Below are positions 9,783-19,248 of a stretch of DNA of 41,399 nucleotides, one piece after another. The stretch spans positions 1 through 41,399 of the forward strand of contig JBDKSP010000029.1 in NCBI GenBank assembly GCA_039680575.1, read 5' to 3'. The notes beneath the pieces are model-generated. The model saw only the letters and a program-made list of their open reading frames with translations. It ran no database searches and had not been told where the DNA came from. Source of the stretch: Armatimonadota bacterium. Its GTDB lineage: Bacteria > Armatimonadota > UBA5829 > DTLH01. The translations under genes were made by a program, and so were the position numbers. Within the stretch, counting starts at the first letter, position 1. The number at the start of each line of letters is the position of its first letter.

Positions 9783-10490
9783 CTACACCCTCTTGACAAA
9801 TATCTCTCGTGCGATGTTGCTGTCGATGGCTATGTCCGTCTCGCCTATTTTGACTATGCATGTCGGCCGCTTCTGATGGAGCCGCACTTCGCTTCCTGGG
9901 ACTATTCCAAGCGATGTAAGCCGGTCGAGGATGGTGTGGGACTTTGGCGTTATGAAGACAATCCGGCCTGTATCTCCGGGTCGAAGCTCCATAAGCGGCG
10001 TAACGAGCGGGGTCATCTCCTTTTTGAACTTCTCGCAGCATTCCCCGCGAGGAATCGGCTTTCCATGAGGGCAGGTAGGCGGGTGTCCGAGAAGCGTGCA
10101 GACGCTTTCGGTGACTTCAGGGCTCAGGATGTGCTCGAACCGGCAGGCGTCTGACTCTGCATGAGACTCTTCCATATCGAATAGCTCAGTTAGAAGAACC
10201 TCGGTCAGTCTGTGCCGCCGGATAATCTCCCGCGCGCGCTCATGGCCTTTCGGAAGAAGTGTAAACTTGCCATTTTTGACCTCGATAATCCCTGACCGGC
10301 TCGCGTTTTCGAATTGCACGTCGAAATCATGGTCGGCGCGGACCTTCAGATCCTCGAAGCTGTCGCTCCCTTCTTCCTCAAGAATCCATGCCGTTTCCAG
10401 AAGTTCGTCCACCTTGCAGTCGAACTGGGGCTCGAACCGCTCGTCCTGATGTTCGCTTCCGCCTTTAAACCCTCTACGCCATCTACGCAC
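9783..10490 (-). CDS. DtxR/MntR-family metal-binding regulator with C-terminal FeoA domain
   Basis: IRRHRLTEVLL, ACRFEHILS, PPTCPHGKPIP; FeoA motif RLTSLGIVPG. Confidence 0.9.
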   Translation of the reverse strand: MRRWRRGFKGGSEHQDERFEPQFDCKVDELLETAWILEEEGSDSFEDLKVRADHDFDVQFENASRSGIIEVKNGKFTLLPKGHERAREIIRRHRLTEVLLTELFDMEESHAESDACRFEHILSPEVTESVCTLLGHPPTCPHGKPIPRGECCEKFKKEMTPLVTPLMELRPGDTGRIVFITPKSHTILDRLTSLGIVPGSEVRLHQKRPTCIVKIGETDIAIDSNIAREIFVKRV

Positions 10491-10514
10491 TTTCAGTCCC
10501 TTTCTATTTCATAT

Positions 10515-10598
10515 CCCCTCACCCCAACCTTATCCCGCCAGGGGAGAAGGAGTTATAGTACCCTCTCTCTTGATGGTGGAGGGCCAGGGTGATGGTGA
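10515..10598. repeat. CCCCTCACCCCAACCCTCTCCC-type REP-like doublet (degenerate)
   Basis: CCCCTCACCCCAACCTTATCCC-gcca-GGGGAGAAGG ... CCCTCTCTC...GAGGGCCAGGGTGATGG. Confidence 0.7.
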
Positions 10599-12716
10599 TT
10601 AACTAAAAATCCCTAATCCTCTCAAGACCCAGTTGAGCGCTCCTCCAACGAGGAACGAGAACGGGATGATGAAGAGCATAATTGCCATCGCCGTCTTTAT
10701 CCCGCGCTCCTTGATTATTACCAGGAAGTTCGCAAGGCACGGCACGAAAAGCGTTATAGTGACGATACCGACGATTATCTGCACCGTATCGAGCTGGCCT
10801 GCTTTAGTCATCTGATAAAGCCCGGCGACGCCGTAGTCACGCCGTAAAAATCCGATGATGAACGCCTCAGTAGCTTTGGCGGGCAGTCCTAAAAGCCCCT
10901 GAACCACCGGAGCCGCAGCTTTCTCTGCTAAATTCAGCAGTTTGAGCTTATCTGAGAAAAAAAGCACCAATGTGCCGATGACGAAGAGCGGCACCGCCTC
11001 TTTGATATACCACTCCACCCGCGCAAGCGTCTTTATCGCGATATTTGCGATCTGAGGCAGCCGGGTCGGCGGGACTTCCATTATAAAATCCGTCTTTTCA
11101 CCCGGCATGAGCTTCCCCGCGAGGTAGCCGACCAGGAAAAGCACCGCGAGCACGACTCCAACCCATATCACCATAGCCGCAAACGGGACTCCTGGCGACC
11201 CCAAAATGCCTAAAATCACTCCGAGCTGGGCGGAACATGGGACTCCGAGCGCAAGGAGGAGCGTCACTATGACCCTTTCCCGCTTTGTATCGAGAATTCT
11301 GGCGGTGAGTGTCGCCATGGTGCCGCATCCGAGCCCGAGGACCATCGGGAGCACCGCCTTGCCGTTCAGCCCCATCGCTTTAAATATCCTGTCCACCATC
11401 ACGGCGAGCCTCGGGAGGTATCCCGAGTCTTCCAGCATTCCAAATGCAATAAAGAACGTTCCGACGATAGGCAGTACGATAGCGATGGCGTATGTCATTG
11501 CCATCGTGATGATCCCATACTGCCCAATGAGGAGTTCTTTCGCGATGCTCCACGGAAGGACCCGGTCGATCAGCCACGATGCTCCCGGGTTGATGTATTT
11601 ACCGAAAACAGTGTTCTGCAGGAAGTCTACAGCCGCTCCCGCGCCGAAATCGCCGACAAAAAGCCATGTCAGGTAGAGCACGCCTATCAAAATCGGGATT
11701 CCATAGACCTGGTGAGTCCCCCAGTCGCCGAATATATAAAGCGAGAAAAGAAGAATAGGGATGCTGAGGAGCGCGAAGAGCGGATTTATGGCCGTAAGCA
11801 CACTCAGCCCATAGAGCGCAGCGGCGAAAATCGGGAGCGAAATGAGCGGGTGTATGCGCCTGACCCGGCTTCGCTTTCTGGCGCGCCGGAGAAGGGATTT
11901 TTCGGTCGTCTGGAGAGATCTCAGAAGCCTGTCGACCGCTCTCAAGCGCTGAAGGTTGATAGCGTAGCCGAGCGGTTGAGTGTACTTCTCCTGGGCACGC
12001 GCCCGGATGGCTTCAATCTCCTTTATCGTCTGCTCGGGCAGGTGATCGTGCAGCCACGGTGCAATACTGTCATCACCTGATAAAACAGTAAGCGCGATGC
12101 CCCTTTTTCCCTTCTCGATGCCGGTCAAAAGTAATTCTATCTCGTTTGCAGACTCCTCGATGAGCCTATCGAATTCGATTCTGTGGGGGGAGAGCGCAGT
12201 CTGACCGATTCCAGCTATCAGCCGGTCTATCCCCTGCCGCTGGGTGGCCGTAGTACTTACCACATGGACGCCGAGCGCTTTTTTGAGGCCTTCAAAGTTG
12301 ATTCTGATGCCCCGGCTCCGTGCCTCATCCGCCATATTGAGGACAAGTATAAACGGAATCTCGAACTCGGCAAGCTGTGTTGATATAACGAGCCCGCGCC
12401 GAAGGTTTTTGGAATCGGCAACCTGTACGACGGTCGCTTTGTCGGCTTCAATAAGGATATCTCTTGTCACCTGCTCATCTTCCGACATCGGGACGAGAGA
12501 ATTTGCACCTGGAGTGTCTATGACCAGGTGCTTGCGCCTGTTTACGGTCACATTTCCCTGGGAGACTTCTACTGTGGTGCCGGGGTAGTTCGAAACTGTT
12601 ACATATTTGCCGGTGAGTGCGCCGAATATTGAGCTTTTACCTACATTTGGATTGCCGACGAGGACCAACTGCGGTAAATCTGTCTTGATTTCGGTTCCTG
12701 CAGTGCGACAATCCAT
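10599..12716 (-). CDS. feoB: Ferrous iron transport protein B
   Basis: GNPNVGKS, NYPGTTV, DTPG and NMAD G-motifs; LEDSGYLPR, GLGC and PCSAQ gate motifs. Confidence 0.97.
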   Translation of the reverse strand: MDCRTAGTEIKTDLPQLVLVGNPNVGKSSIFGALTGKYVTVSNYPGTTVEVSQGNVTVNRRKHLVIDTPGANSLVPMSEDEQVTRDILIEADKATVVQVADSKNLRRGLVISTQLAEFEIPFILVLNMADEARSRGIRINFEGLKKALGVHVVSTTATQRQGIDRLIAGIGQTALSPHRIEFDRLIEESANEIELLLTGIEKGKRGIALTVLSGDDSIAPWLHDHLPEQTIKEIEAIRARAQEKYTQPLGYAINLQRLRAVDRLLRSLQTTEKSLLRRARKRSRVRRIHPLISLPIFAAALYGLSVLTAINPLFALLSIPILLFSLYIFGDWGTHQVYGIPILIGVLYLTWLFVGDFGAGAAVDFLQNTVFGKYINPGASWLIDRVLPWSIAKELLIGQYGIITMAMTYAIAIVLPIVGTFFIAFGMLEDSGYLPRLAVMVDRIFKAMGLNGKAVLPMVLGLGCGTMATLTARILDTKRERVIVTLLLALGVPCSAQLGVILGILGSPGVPFAAMVIWVGVVLAVLFLVGYLAGKLMPGEKTDFIMEVPPTRLPQIANIAIKTLARVEWYIKEAVPLFVIGTLVLFFSDKLKLLNLAEKAAAPVVQGLLGLPAKATEAFIIGFLRRDYGVAGLYQMTKAGQLDTVQIIVGIVTITLFVPCLANFLVIIKERGIKTAMAIMLFIIPFSFLVGGALNWVLRGLGIFS

Positions 12717-12734
12717 AAGCCTCAGTTACTCCTC

Positions 12735-12793
12735 TACAGAGTTTTGGCAGTTGATGTAACGAGTAATAAATATCTTTTGCCTAAAACTCTTTA
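12735..12793. repeat. TA-flanked miniature inverted-repeat element, family B copy in the feoB 5' UTR
   Basis: TA-CAGAGTTTTGGCAG...TTGCCTAAAACTCTT-TA, abutting the feoB SD. Confidence 0.8.
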
Positions 12794-12795
12794 GT

Positions 12796-12846
12796 TAAAT
12801 TTAGGTATGCCTTAATTATAATAGCCAAATTGAGCAGGAATGTCAA
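12796..12846 (-). promoter_or_regulatory. feoB sigma70 promoter with overlapping DtxR/IdeR-type operator
   Basis: Minus strand TTGACA(12846-12841)-N17-TATTAT(12823-12818); imperfect palindrome AATTTAGG-TATG-CCTTAATT (12798-12817), like the DtxR TTAGG-N4-CCTAA core. Confidence 0.75.
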
Positions 12847-12864
12847 GGCTGAGGGCGAACGTAT

Positions 12865-13544
12865 CAGGAGCGTTTTTAGACAGTGAGCTTGTATATGTTT
12901 ATCGGGTGTATAGGATTGGTCTGGGAAAATGGCGGGATGTTAGTATTGATACGCGAAAAAGGACGATTACGGGACCTCCATGCAGAATTTATGCAGCACC
13001 ATGTTACTCTTTAGACCGGTCACAGTGTCGATACCGCGTATCTTCAAATCAGTAATCCATTTACCGGATATGAATCCTCATAGACACCATTTTGTATTTG
13101 CCGCATGTTGAAACCTAACGCTCGCAGGACGTCCGGCGATGAAAACAGAAACGGCCCAATCTGACTCAGGCTGTCCAGTCGAAACAAAGCCTTGTGCAGA
13201 AGCAGATTGCAGAAGAGAAATGGCGCGATGCTCCTCCGTTTTCGGTAGTCAGCAAAGTCATCGAGTATAGGAGGGATGTCAGTCGAGAGCAAAAACTTGG
13301 CAAATCTGTCCATCACCCCGGACGCGGCAGGAAATATGCCGTCAGTTTCCCCGCGTTCCAGCGCCGATAGAACAGCTTCTCGATCTTCCGAGAGTAGTAA
13401 CCACTCTTTAGATTGGACGTTTGTACCCACGATTACTACTTAGACACTGGTCCTCAAAGTACCTGTGTCATAATTGTTAAATTACATGGCTATTTCATGT
13501 AACATACCCGCTCCTCTTCTGCTTCCTTAAAAACGATGCTCCTG
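12865..13544 (-). mobile_element. Internally deleted IS4-superfamily-like insertion sequence remnant
   Basis: Imperfect terminal inverted repeats CAGGAGCGTTTTTA / CAGGAGCATCGTTTTTA enclosing transposase-like fragments. Confidence 0.55.
12967..13430 (-). pseudogene. DDE transposase fragments
   Basis: N-terminal fragment (13430 to about 13080) is joined out of frame to GFISGKWITDLKIRGIDTVTGLKSNM...EVP* (13077-12967), which resembles the segment after the D-R-G-F motif of IS4-type transposases. Confidence 0.6.
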
Positions 13545-13558
13545 GGAACTGCCTTATC

Positions 13559-16500
13559 TCACAGCCTGATGCCACTGTGAACGAGCTTGTTGTTATCAGC
13601 TTCAAATCCGCAAGAACGCATAATGGCGTCTATCGGGCTGCCTATGATAGGCTGTGTGTCGAATGATGAGATTTCGACTTTTCGATACGGTCGAATCGGC
13701 CATGGACTATCCATGAGTTGAGAAAGAGTAGATATGAATGATGGTATATCCGACTCATTAACATCTTCTCGTATCCTGATTGTGCCGGAACCGAGCTCGA
13801 GTGTGAGCACAGGCCGGCCACCGGACAGGACTGCGTAGTTCGAAGGTAATCTGTTCATCCGGTAAGCTCCGGCATCAAACGGTCCTGCCGCCGAATATAA
13901 ATATGCCGGGTCGCAGGAGTTGATGAGCACCGGCAAATCATCGGTAGAGTTGGTAAGGCCGGTCCGTGATCTACCGAGCAGCTCATCTACGGCTTCGGGC
14001 AGCCCGAACTGTGCACCAGCCAGTCCGTCCACGAAATATCCGCGCTCTATCTCCCCTGAGAGTTCCATTCGTTGGTATATTTCGTAAAGGTCGTTCCAGA
14101 TGACTTCGATCTCGCCTGTTCTGTACACGATATCCTTCGCCACAACGCCGTATCGTTCCAGCAGAATTCGCGCATAAATCTCAAGACAGTCATGCCTGTC
14201 GACATCACAGCCTCCAAGCGATGAAAGAAGCACCCACCTGCCGGGATTTGCATCCGGCGGGCGTGTAAATGTTTTTGCGACTCGAGACCTTGCGCGGTAG
14301 AACTGTTTTTTGTCTACAGTTCTCAGCGGGACTTGCACCTGTTTTTGAGGTGATACCGTCGGCGGTTTACCTGATCTCAGGATTTTGAAATAGTCGTGCG
14401 TAACATCTCCCGACCAGATCATCTCCCATAAAATACTCTGTACAATACGAGAATCGAGTCCCGTTTCAAGAACAAGATCTATAACGAAAGATGCTCCACG
14501 GTCCTTCAGTGATTTATAAACGACAGCTCTTTGCTCGTTTGTTTTTTCAGTATTCTCCACTTTGCCCAATATCGAATATAGTTCCCTGAAACCTTCTCTT
14601 GCTATGAATGCGACCGTTCCAAGCTTCCTATCGCTTGCCGACCGGCCCACCCATACGAACTCTGCCGAGTTGCACAGAATATCTATCTGCTCGACTCCAA
14701 ACCGCTCCACTCTTCTCGCGAGAATGTCCGGTTCCCATACACTGTAAGGGAGACGGACGGCCTCGAGCTGACGGAGTACCGTGCGGACACCTTCGAGCCC
14801 CTGCAATTTGGTCTCCGGGTACAGGTGCTGCCATTTGAGAAGGAACGATTGATACTGCTCCGGGGAAGCCGGTCTTGCTTCCAGTTTCTGCATAGCGAGC
14901 GTGCGCCTGTAGATGATTTCCAGATTATCAGGATGCGTCCATCTGGTATCTTCCGAACCGGGGACGGGTGGGATCTCTATGAGTCCTCCCTGCGATGCGA
15001 GTTCTTTCACGATATTCGCAACAAACTCCACAGGCAGACCGTAATCAGCGGCGATATCCGGTGGAACAACGACTCCCCTGTTCGATATATGCCTTTCGAT
15101 TATACCTGCAAAAGCTGCAAGCCGCAGTGTATCGTCATCCGAAGCGGCCTGAATATACTCTTCCAGGTAATCGCATGCCACGAACCGGCTGGGTCTTTGG
15201 GCGTCTGGAAGGACTATCCGCACGAGCCTGCCTTCTTCAAGCAACGCGTCGAACATTTCAAGCTCAGTGCACCTTGAAATACAATCTTCTTCCGAGATAT
15301 CCCCAAGCTGCCTTATGAGCTCATACAACTCCTCCGCAGTACGTGCGCGGCTGTGGTCTCCTCTACCCTGGAGTTGATCGTCCAAGCCGGATATTGCCCG
15401 CTCATCCAGCATACGATTGACCTTGCCGTCGATCAACTCATCTACCAGTCTGCGTTCAATCGGAGCATTTCGCTTCCTGCTCTGAGCTTTAGGGTCATCC
15501 CCCTCGTACTGATATATCATCTGGAAATTAAAGAGTATAGCCGATGTAAACGGAGACGGTACCTGCCGCTCGACTACGCTTACCTCAATCTCACCGGATT
15601 GCACCTGCCGAAGAACCTCCTGCAGCTCACCAAGTTCCAGGTAATCCTGCAGGCACTCCCTCAGAGTTTCGACGACAATTGGAAAACCGTCAAACGATTT
15701 TGCTATGTAAAGCAGATCTCTTGATTTCAAGCGCTGGAGCCAGAGTGGGGTCCGTCTGCCGATACCGACTCCAGGCAGAAGCAGCGCCCGCGCTGCGTTT
15801 TGTCTGAAGCGTAAGCCGAAAAGCGCCGTATCAGGAAGATCCTCGGCGATAAGTTCATATGCAAGTTCCGGTGTGAGTTTCTTGAAGAGCGAAAATGGCG
15901 GCGGAGCGTCTCCTTCAGGCAGTTTGAACAGGATTCCATTATCGCCGCTGATCGTTTCGGGAATTACCCCAAGCTCTTTCTTTATCAGTGCGGAAAGCGC
16001 GATACGCAGTGCGTGGTGGACTCTCCCTCCGAAAACGCTCAGAAGTGCCATGCGGGTGCTGCCGAGTTCATCGACAAAACTCTCAAGCACTATGCGTTTG
16101 TCGGTTGGAAGCCCCGATGTATCCGTAAGCCCGGTCTGTGTCTTTACGAAGTTGCACAAATTGGCTGCGGACCTTATATCAACAGGAAGGTTTCTAGAAA
16201 CCCATTCCTGTGCCTCGTCACCCATCTCGGCGATCTTACGCAGCATTTCGCCCATTTTCCTGCCCGTGCGAGCAGACCGGGGAACATTCTCCCCACGCCA
16301 AAACGGTGTTTTTGCTTGAATTTGTGAACCATGTGAAACAATGACTCTATCGGCTTCTATTCTTTGTATCTTCCAATTGTTCGTACCGAGAGAGAATGTA
16401 TCACCTTCGCGCGCTTCATACACGAATTCTTCGTCAAGCTCTCCAATCTTCATATGTGCATCCGCGAGGTACACACCATATTCCCCGGTGTCTGGAATAG

Positions 16501-17998
16501 CCCCGCCATTTGCGATCACCAGCCGCTGCGAACCCGGCAGCGGCGATATCCGGCCGTTAAGCCTGTCAAGCGAGACTCTGGCCCTGAGGTCTTTGAATGC
16601 TTTGGACGGATACCTGCCGGTTACAAGCTGAAGAGTCAAGTTGAACGCTTCTTCCGACAGTTCCTTAAATGTATAAGTGCGCTTTACTGTGCGGTAGATG
16701 TCTCCCCAGTAAGTATCTTCGATTGCAGCCATAGCGACGATCTGCTGGGCGAGAATATCGAGACAATTCTTTGGTACGCTTATGGGCTCGACATCGCCGT
16801 CGATCATTCCCCTGGCAATACTCACCGCTTCTACAAGATCAGGATTGGTCTTTGCGATTATACGGCCTTTGCTTACCGCCGTATGGACATGCCCCGCGCG
16901 GCCGATTCTCTGCAGGCCGCGAGAAACCTCCTTGGGAGATTCGACCTGGCATACAAGCTCGACTGCGCCCATATCTATTCCGAGTTCGAGCGTTCCGGTA
17001 GCTACAACACCCTTTAACGCGCCGTTTTTAAGCGCGGTTTCCGTAAGCCGCCGCAGTGATGCAGATACGCTCCCGTGGTGCGGCTTTACGATCTCCTCGC
17101 CGGCAAGATCATTTATTCCAAGAGTCAGATTTTCAACAATCCGCCGCGTATTGGCGAAAATGATCGTAGACCTGTGCATCCGGACAAGGTCCAACAGCCT
17201 TCGGTATATCGAAGGCCATACGGAGCCATCTTCGGGATGCCGCAGATCATCGCACGTGCATACGACCTTCAAATCCACCTGCCTGCGTACTCCGGTATCG
17301 ACGATTTCGACCCGGCGTGGCTCACCGTTATCGTCAAACCCGCCAAGGAAGCGAGCTACTTCCGAAAGCGGCTTCTGAGTCGCGGAAAGCCCGATTCGAA
17401 CAGGTGAGTTTGTGCAGATATTTTCCAGCCTTTCGAGAAGAACCGATAAAAAGACGCCTCGTTTGTTCGGACAGAGCGCATGGATTTCGTCCACGATGAC
17501 ATATCTCACAGTATCGAAGATATTTCTTGCCGATGATGTGAGCATAATATGCAGTGATTCCGGGGTCGTGATCAGAATATGAGGGGGCTTTTTGAGCATT
17601 TTTCTGCGTTCATTTGCGGGAGTGTCCCCGGTACGAACAGCCGTATTGATGCTCGGGATCGGGCATCCCATTTTTTCGGCGATCTCACTGATTTCGGAAA
17701 GCGGGGATGCAAGATTGCGTTCAATATCGTAGTTCAGGGCTTTCAGAGGCGAAATGTAAAGGATTTCAACCCCATTTTCGGGAGTTTGACCTGACGAAAG
17801 GTCGCAAATTGCACGGTTTATACCTGCAAGGAAGGCCGCAAGCGTTTTTCCTGAGCCGGTCGGTGCGAGGATAAGCGTGCTTATCCCCTGGTCGATCAAA
17901 GGCCAACCCTGCATTTGCGGTTGGGTCGGTTGACCGAACTTCTCGACAAACCATTTCTTGATGGCCGGATGGAAGCTGGCAGGAAATTCTGATGACAT
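13559..17998 (-). CDS. lhr: Long-form Lhr ATP-dependent helicase with C-terminal winged-helix/glycosylase-like extension
   Basis: APTGSGKT, YISPLKAL, RTGDT, TTPESL, DEIH, GLSAT, HHGS, LELGID, QRIGRAGH; C-terminal RGYFVDGLAGAQF; about 1480 aa. Confidence 0.95.
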   Translation of the reverse strand: MSSEFPASFHPAIKKWFVEKFGQPTQPQMQGWPLIDQGISTLILAPTGSGKTLAAFLAGINRAICDLSSGQTPENGVEILYISPLKALNYDIERNLASPLSEISEIAEKMGCPIPSINTAVRTGDTPANERRKMLKKPPHILITTPESLHIMLTSSARNIFDTVRYVIVDEIHALCPNKRGVFLSVLLERLENICTNSPVRIGLSATQKPLSEVARFLGGFDDNGEPRRVEIVDTGVRRQVDLKVVCTCDDLRHPEDGSVWPSIYRRLLDLVRMHRSTIIFANTRRIVENLTLGINDLAGEEIVKPHHGSVSASLRRLTETALKNGALKGVVATGTLELGIDMGAVELVCQVESPKEVSRGLQRIGRAGHVHTAVSKGRIIAKTNPDLVEAVSIARGMIDGDVEPISVPKNCLDILAQQIVAMAAIEDTYWGDIYRTVKRTYTFKELSEEAFNLTLQLVTGRYPSKAFKDLRARVSLDRLNGRISPLPGSQRLVIANGGAIPDTGEYGVYLADAHMKIGELDEEFVYEAREGDTFSLGTNNWKIQRIEADRVIVSHGSQIQAKTPFWRGENVPRSARTGRKMGEMLRKIAEMGDEAQEWVSRNLPVDIRSAANLCNFVKTQTGLTDTSGLPTDKRIVLESFVDELGSTRMALLSVFGGRVHHALRIALSALIKKELGVIPETISGDNGILFKLPEGDAPPPFSLFKKLTPELAYELIAEDLPDTALFGLRFRQNAARALLLPGVGIGRRTPLWLQRLKSRDLLYIAKSFDGFPIVVETLRECLQDYLELGELQEVLRQVQSGEIEVSVVERQVPSPFTSAILFNFQMIYQYEGDDPKAQSRKRNAPIERRLVDELIDGKVNRMLDERAISGLDDQLQGRGDHSRARTAEELYELIRQLGDISEEDCISRCTELEMFDALLEEGRLVRIVLPDAQRPSRFVACDYLEEYIQAASDDDTLRLAAFAGIIERHISNRGVVVPPDIAADYGLPVEFVANIVKELASQGGLIEIPPVPGSEDTRWTHPDNLEIIYRRTLAMQKLEARPASPEQYQSFLLKWQHLYPETKLQGLEGVRTVLRQLEAVRLPYSVWEPDILARRVERFGVEQIDILCNSAEFVWVGRSASDRKLGTVAFIAREGFRELYSILGKVENTEKTNEQRAVVYKSLKDRGASFVIDLVLETGLDSRIVQSILWEMIWSGDVTHDYFKILRSGKPPTVSPQKQVQVPLRTVDKKQFYRARSRVAKTFTRPPDANPGRWVLLSSLGGCDVDRHDCLEIYARILLERYGVVAKDIVYRTGEIEVIWNDLYEIYQRMELSGEIERGYFVDGLAGAQFGLPEAVDELLGRSRTGLTNSTDDLPVLINSCDPAYLYSAAGPFDAGAYRMNRLPSNYAVLSGGRPVLTLELGSGTIRIREDVNESDIPSFISTLSQLMDSPWPIRPYRKVEISSFDTQPIIGSPIDAIMRSCGFEADNNKLVHSGIRL

Positions 17999-18096
17999 AT
18001 TAGCAATTATTCTCCTGCTTATTTTAGCCAATAGAATGTGTGTAAGTCTACCCGCTAAATAAACAGCTTTGACTAATTGGTAATATGACTCTGTTT

Positions 18097-18780
18097 TTAT
18101 TCGACGGCGGCTGCGGAATCGAATTTGCTCTCAAGATAGCTCCTTGGAGCGACCCATCCATTCTTTGGAAGCTCGCTTTTATCTGGGTCTTCCTTTATGG
18201 ACCAGTTATCTGGGATTGTGCCGCGTCCCCAGGGGGCTGTGACACCTTCCGGGTGTATCCCAAGGTGCAGATGTGCGTTGTCCTGCTCGGCTATACTCGC
18301 AATACGCTGGCCTGCTTCAACTTGAGTTCCATCTTGAAGTGATGAGTTAACGTGGCCGTATACAGCATAGAACGAGCCTCCATCCGGGAGATCATGTCTA
18401 ACCCAGAGTGCCTTATTTGCAGTGTCGTATTCAGTAGTCTTGTTTGCGGCTATCACACCATCAGTAAGCGCATAAACCGGGGAATAAGAGCTGCCTCGGA
18501 TATCAATCCCGAGGTGACTGGTATGCACGGGGTAGGCTGGGTCATCCTGGTCGGTCGCCAGCCAGCCGAAGAGCTGCGACTCCCCCGGCGGTTGCTGAGA
18601 ATTGCTGCTACCGGACCAGGCATAGTCGGTCGGATAGTAAAACCTGGACGAATCGTCAGGCGAGTCCGGACTGTGCGTCCCTGTATCATCTTCATCATCT
18701 CCACCTCCGCAACCGAGAAACAATGCCAAAAGACAGACGAGCGCCAGGGGACACAGCGATAATATGAAACACTTTCGCAT
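18097..18780 (-). CDS. M23-family peptidase lipoprotein
   Basis: Lipobox-like FLGC after a hydrophobic signal; HLGID (HxxxD), YGHV, HLHLG (HxH); SD AAGGAG. Confidence 0.85.
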   Translation of the reverse strand: MRKCFILSLCPLALVCLLALFLGCGGGDDEDDTGTHSPDSPDDSSRFYYPTDYAWSGSSNSQQPPGESQLFGWLATDQDDPAYPVHTSHLGIDIRGSSYSPVYALTDGVIAANKTTEYDTANKALWVRHDLPDGGSFYAVYGHVNSSLQDGTQVEAGQRIASIAEQDNAHLHLGIHPEGVTAPWGRGTIPDNWSIKEDPDKSELPKNGWVAPRSYLESKFDSAAAVE

Positions 18781-18844
18781 GTAATATTTTTCTCCTTCGC
18801 CGTCGAGCCGATATCGGACATTAGCTCTATGGGTCAGAATTTTT

Positions 18845-18870
18845 CTACCCTTTGTAGGCAAGATGGAAAC
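18845..18870 (-). promoter_or_regulatory. SigB/SigF-type promoter upstream of the M23 lipoprotein
   Basis: Minus strand GTTT-ccatcttgcctacaaa-GGGTAG (N16). Confidence 0.6.
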
Positions 18871-19248
18871 ACATGAGGTGCAGGAAGAGGCAATAGAATT
18901 GAGGCAAACCGGCGATTTCCGCAGCTCGGAATGACGTTCTGATAGTTCGGCATGATGTTGTAATCATCAACTCTGAACTCTTACAAATAACCATTCTCCT
19001 TGTGATTATGTTATACTTGTCAGTAGACGCTTGATTTATCTGCAATATAAATTCGGCGTATATAAAAGCGCACAAGCATCGACATGTAGTCCACTGTCCA
19101 ATTTATCCAGTCAATAACGGCTGCATAACCTTATTTTGGAATATGGTTTCTACTCGATGTACTGCAGCTTACTTTATGTGAGCGCAAATAGTTCAGCGAC
19201 CCTTTTTGGTTGTTTTACAGGCTATTTGCCGAGAAGGGAAAGCATATC

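Noticed and set aside
19000..19020. Rex operator TTGTGA...
   Set aside because: Right half is not palindromic; better read as an extended -10 (TGtTATACT)
19120..19170. Purine riboswitch (AATATGG...GTTTCTAC)
   Set aside because: Motifs are adjacent without P2/P3 stems or the CCGTAAA loop
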